Assembly: GCA_032718475.1 (NCBI GenBank) | Contig: JAUCBJ010008875.1 | Span: 1 to 55,777, forward strand | Direction of reading: 5' to 3' | DNA length: 55,777 bases | From: Nemertoderma westbladi | Lineage: Eukaryota > Animalia > Xenacoelomorpha | In this document: positions 51,135-55,777 of the stretch, piece by piece | How positions within the stretch are numbered: position 1 is the first letter of the stretch | Layout of the letters: every line of letters starts with the position of its first letter | Program-made: the position numbers and the translations under genes | Notes under the pieces: generated by a model | What the model was told of the DNA's origin: nothing | The model's input: the letters and a program-made list of their open reading frames with translations, nothing else | Databases searched by the model: none

Positions 51135-52235
51135 CGTTCAAAGGTACGACATACAACGGAGGTTATTGATATGGGTCTATAATTTGGTGGTTTACTTGCT
51201 TCACCCTTTTTAAATATTGGCGATATATCAGCAGTGCGCCATTGTTGTGGAACTTCTCCTTTTACAAGGGAATTCATGAAAATAATACATAATGGAAGAG
51301 TAATTTCATGACATACCTTTTTTAATACACCGGATGGGATTCCGTCTGGGGTATCAGAATATGTATCTGGGAGGAGAGATAAAAGTTTTGTAATTGCATG
51401 GGGCGTTATATCTATATCTTGAATTGAGATATCGGGGTTCGCGCGAGGGGTCATTGGAGGATTAATTCCATTGTCATATGTAAACACCGATGTGAATTGA
51501 TCATTTAGGATTTCAGCTTTGCCTCTGGGGTCTGTAACTAATTCACCATTACTCGACATTAGTGCTGCAACACCAGATGGTATAGCGCGTTTAGAGTTAA
51601 TATATTTGTAGAAGTCACTTGGTTTATCAGAGCTCAAAATCTTATCCTCCTTTTCGAAATCTAAGTTTTGTTTTGCAATTATAAATTGTTCACAAGTTGC
51701 TCTATATTTCATTTTATTTGCTGTGGTGGGATTGTCGCGCCATTCCCTGTGTGATACAACTTTCTTCTTTACTAGTTTCTTTAATTCTTTAGGTTTCGGT
51801 TTTGTCTTATTAATATTGCATCTTTTTAGAGGGACAGTAGCATCAAATATAGAATATATAATCTCAATAAATGTTTCATACATAATCTGTAAATTTATAC
51901 AATTTGAAAGGATTTCTGTCCAATCGATTGCTTGTATCATTATTCTCATTTGTTCAAAATTTGCCTTTGCGAAATTACGTTTTGGAGGGAGGAGTTCACC
52001 ACCGTCAAAAGGATTGAAGTTACTCAGAAGGAATTGGAATGAACAATGATCACTCAGACCGAGTCCGGGCAGACTGCCAGCGGAGTATACTGATATGGGG
52101 TCAGTGACTAATAGAAGATCCAGGATGTTATTTATTCTCGTTGGAAAATCAATCTTCTGGTCTAAGTTGTGTTCAAGAATAAACTCTTTTATTGCAGGAT
52201 AGGGCCCATAAGTCGGGTAATATCCTGTTATCCAA

Positions 52236-53408
52236 TCAACGTCTGGGAAGTTGAAATCGCCAACCATAATAACACTGCGATTGCAGTCTAGTAAAATTGA
52301 TAATTCCGATAACAACAGGTTGTTCTACAGGATCGACATTCATACTAGTTTTTGTTGAGTCAACTGGCATGGTCGGTGTATACCTTGTTCTACGAGATTG
52401 TTGTGGTTTTTGCGTCTTCCCATTTACAAGGCTTGTAATAGTTGACTTGTCGCGAACTGCATCATTGTAAATGACCCATGTTGTATCTGGTGATTCAGCC
52501 TGTTTTAATCTCCGAGTAACTCTGAGTTCGTATTGGTGTTTTTGTTCAGCAGGAGTAAGATCGCGTGATATGAAAACACCATGGAAGTTTTGAGATTCTC
52601 GTAGTTTACGAGCTGCTCGTAACATATCATTTCTTTGAGTGTCTGGAAGGGTTGCGACAAGGTTTTGGGTACCATTTTCCTTTGTTCGTCCAATTCGTTT
52701 AACTGTTATATTTGATGGTTGGGTTTGGGTTATCCCTGTAATGCCAATAGTTGTGGCTATTTCTTTAACTAACTTCACATCATCCGGTTGGGGTTTGGTT
52801 CCGGATATAACAATATTTCCTTTTCGGTTTATTTGTTCTTGCTCCTCGTGCCTCAGCTGTTTTGCTAGTGAAGCAACGTTAACATTTGGTATTTTTTCTA
52901 TTGCTGTAGGGACATTGGTTAGTAAGGCATCAGTATAAGATTTTGTCTTTGTTAGTTGGTCTTGTTGTAATAGTTTTTCTAACTTATCTTCAAGACTGGC
53001 ATTCGCTTTTTGAAGCACCTCCAATTGTGTGGCTGAACAGCAACCACACAGGAACTGTTTTCCAGTAATTTGTGTTGATTCTCGGCTGTTTATTTCGACT
53101 TCAGTCCAAACATTTCGGCAATTGGAACATTCGATCTTCATCGATTTCCATTTGGGTTTAGTAGTAGCTACCAATACCGGGATTTCCTCATTTGATTTCT
53201 TGGTGCAGCGCTTATTGTGAGCAGGAAGATCTTTGACTGGGAAAGATATCAAACAGCAATCGCACTTTTGTGTAAGACCAAATGATTGTCTTGCCGATGA
53301 TTTCACCCGTGACCCGTCGCCAATAACCATTTTATTAAATATTATTATATATATTATATTCAAGTAACAGGTAACAGTAATGCAGAAGGTAAAGTCAGAA
53401 AGTAACAA
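52236..53408 (-). CDS. CR1 ORF1 protein (Cys-rich PHD-like region, coiled coil, RRM-like region)
   Basis: CSNC...FLCGCC, heptad region, RKGNIVISG and VFISRDLT. The likely start is the ATG near 53330. The C-terminus runs across a deletion into ORF2. Confidence 0.82.
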   Translation of the reverse strand: MLLSDFTFCITVTCYLNIIYIIIFNKMVIGDGSRVKSSARQSFGLTQKCDCCLISFPVKDLPAHNKRCTKKSNEEIPVLVATTKPKWKSMKIECSNCRNVWTEVEINSRESTQITGKQFLCGCCSATQLEVLQKANASLEDKLEKLLQQDQLTKTKSYTDALLTNVPTAIEKIPNVNVASLAKQLRHEEQEQINRKGNIVISGTKPQPDDVKLVKEIATTIGITGITQTQPSNITVKRIGRTKENGTQNLVATLPDTQRNDMLRAARKLRESQNFHGVFISRDLTPAEQKHQYELRVTRRLKQAESPDTTWVIYNDAVRDKSTITSLVNGKTQKPQQSRRTRYTPTMPVDSTKTSMNVDPVEQPVVIGIINFTRLQSQCYYGWRFQLPRR

Positions 53409-53800
53409 TGTATTGGTAACAATGTATAGTTACCAGAGTACCGGTAGTCTGGTAGTCTGCTGCTCTGTCAGTCCACAGCCAATCTGCCAACAGGCTGACC
53501 AGTATTACTGCGGTACTGTATAGGTCACTACAGCACTAGGTAGGCCTACAGACAGACAGAAGTAGGCCTAGGCCTATACCAGTGTACAGCTATGTGTATA
53601 TAATACTGTAATTAATACAGTAATAGGCCTACGGTACTGTAATATACCCTACAGCCAGGCAGCCCTACACCTGCAGACCTACAACAGCCCTATACCGGTA
53701 CCTGTGCCTGTACTTGTACTGTTGTATGAACTACAATCAGTGAGTCAAACTCAGACATTAATTTCGTCAGGCAATCAGGCGCCAGCAACTGAACTGAGAA

Positions 53801-54271
53801 ATGACAGTGATGGATAAAGAAAGTAAACCGAATGTTGTGAAATTATCCGTATTTATGAGGTTATATTTATATGCAATTCATGGCTACTTTCTTGAGATTA
53901 TGTTTACTGCTTTATGGGAATTTGTTACCAACTTTAACTGGAAGTTGCCAGGTGTAACCAGTGTCTGGTCATTGCCGATATATGGTGTGTCTACATTGCT
54001 TATAGAATATATGAGTCGTATTCTTAAGGGTTTCGGTGTGCCTCTCCCACTTAGAGGTGTTATTTATGTCTTATTTTCTTACTCATGGGAGTTTTCTACA
54101 GGACTGATATTGCGTCAATTTGGGGCTTGTCCATGGGACTATGAGCCATGGTTTAATTGGCACTTTTGGGGTTTAATAACAATGGAATATCTCCCATGTT
54201 GGTACTTCGCAACTATTTTGAGTGAGAAGCTTTTGATTGACTACACCTGCAGCCTCGCTTGGATCTCTTAG
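53801..54271 (+). CDS. TMEM229B: Transmembrane protein 229B homolog
   Basis: RLYLYAIHGYFLEIMFTALWEF...WKLPGVTSVW...WEFSTGLILRQFGACPWDY. Intact single-exon ORF. Confidence 0.93.
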   Translation: MTVMDKESKPNVVKLSVFMRLYLYAIHGYFLEIMFTALWEFVTNFNWKLPGVTSVWSLPIYGVSTLLIEYMSRILKGFGVPLPLRGVIYVLFSYSWEFSTGLILRQFGACPWDYEPWFNWHFWGLITMEYLPCWYFATILSEKLLIDYTCSLAWIS

Positions 54272-55777
54272 AAAATGGGATAATTGTAACCATGGTCTGA
54301 TGGTAACACTTACCGGTCATACCGGTTCATATCGTTTTAGTCTACCTACCTCTGTCCCTAATCAAATAAACTTTCCAATCTTTTTTTTACCGTAGGCCTA
54401 ATTCAGTAATTGTTCTACCCATACAGCCATACCACATACTGCATAGGTACTGTTTTATCATTCTAGGCATATATCAGCAAATCGCTTTGTTAGTATATTG
54501 TCAGATTGTTGTACAGTTGTACCTCTCCTCTCAGCGCCCACCAATCATTAGGCATACACATTATATACACTATACAGCATTGCATTATATACATTGTTAT
54601 AAATTGTGAGTGCACAGTGCAGAAGTGTGCCACTGTTTTGTTTTTCCAACCATTCTTAAAAAATTGAATGTCAAAAGTCACAAATTTTTCATTATATTGC
54701 TGATATTTTCTTCATTAGTTTCCTGTAGTTTAATCAATCAGATTTGGTCACATTTTTGGCAATTTGCACAAGTAGTGAAGATAGATGCCATTATCGGTAC
54801 CACATTTACTTATAATGAAATACGGGCCACAGTGCAGGTCTATCTTGATTTACTGTACTCACTCAGGCGGCTGAAATCGGTTTCCTATGTGTTACCTGTA
54901 CCGGTACGTAATTTGTGCCTGTTGGGGGACTGGCATGTAATGTTTGGAAATATTTTCAGCTTCATTGATAGGTGGCAGTAGTATTGTGTGTGATGCATAG
55001 GCCTAATCTGTTTCTTTATTAATTTGTATCGTATATATACAAGGTAGTTATTTGTATATTGTTTTTCACCTTGAACTACTAACAGACTAATACTACCGGT
55101 ACTGCTACTATTAAAATAAACAATAATAATAAATGAATTGAAATTTTCGCTGTGGTGAGCATTTTCATATTGTCTTATTTATTATTATTACTATTATAAA
55201 CAGTTTATTTGCAACAATTTTTCTAGTTTGTCATATATTATGTTTAATATATACCCACCCCCACCATGACCATATGCATGCACACATGCTACGGGTTCAC
55301 TATTCTATCTATTATATTTAACAGTTAGTTACCGGTACATATTACAGTATTAAATTACAGTTTATTTGCCTAACCGGTACCTTTTATTCATATATTCTGA
55401 TATTGGTTTAATTTTTATTGATATATGCAGATATTGAATTTAAATTTTCTGTGGCAGTGAGTGAGTATAGCACCTGTGTCCCCCATAGGCTCTTCAACTA
55501 TCTTTAGTATAGGCCTAAATAAAAATCAATTATTTTTTACATAGTTATTAATATTTAATAATCATATGTTTTACTTTATTGTTATCAAGGCACCAAGTTG
55601 CGAATATCAACATATTATGGGCCTATATATATACCGGAACGGTATATACTATTTAATTTATTTCAAAAAAGCATACGGTTGTGGTGATAATGACAATCTA
55701 CGACTTTCATAATGCAATTCATATTTTTAAATTCTTCTTTCAAATTTCATTTTTTTCAATGACAAATAGGCCTATTA

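Larger units (their letters stand above)
48451..52315 (-). pseudogene. CR1 ORF2 (APE C-terminal half plus RT), split at 49765-51134
   Basis: GDFN, PTR...ILDL, SDH, NYRPIS, QFGF, DLSKAFD, PQG, LFADD and RDLGV. The N-terminal half of the endonuclease is missing near 52320. Confidence 0.93.
47633..53408 (-). mobile_element. Near full-length CR1-clade LINE interrupted by a hAT element
   Basis: ORF1 and ORF2 on the minus strand, an AT-rich 3' UTR with a duplication of about 282 bp (47845-48400), and a putative (TTTCCA)n tail at 47633-47660. Ends are approximate. Confidence 0.88.

Overview
Repeat-dense, AT-rich animal (probably marine invertebrate) genomic DNA. The species cannot be determined from the sequence. 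There are two host genes. One is a Roc-COR (ROCO) GTPase gene with an Apaf-1/NB-ARC-like winged-helix segment upstream and two C-terminal CARDs. It is split inside its Roc domain by a young 14.4-kb BEL/Pao LTR element (1235-bp LTRs that look identical, CAAAC target-site duplication). The other is an intact TMEM229B. The rest is nested mobile DNA: two decayed BEL/Pao elements, RTE, L2-group and CR1 LINEs, a Penelope fragment, and hAT, Tc1-like and IS3EU-like DNA elements. Four observations stand out: (1) the WHD-Roc-COR-CARD-CARD architecture; (2) a homologous triple-CCHC accessory ORF in the env position of two divergent BEL/Pao families; (3) a Gag-protease-only BEL/Pao in which RT, RNase H and integrase were deleted in frame; (4) the same element lacks a tRNA-type PBS but has an 11-nt PBS-position sequence complementary to its own LTR, a candidate for self-priming. 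All calls were made by eye. Boundaries without a TSD are approximate.
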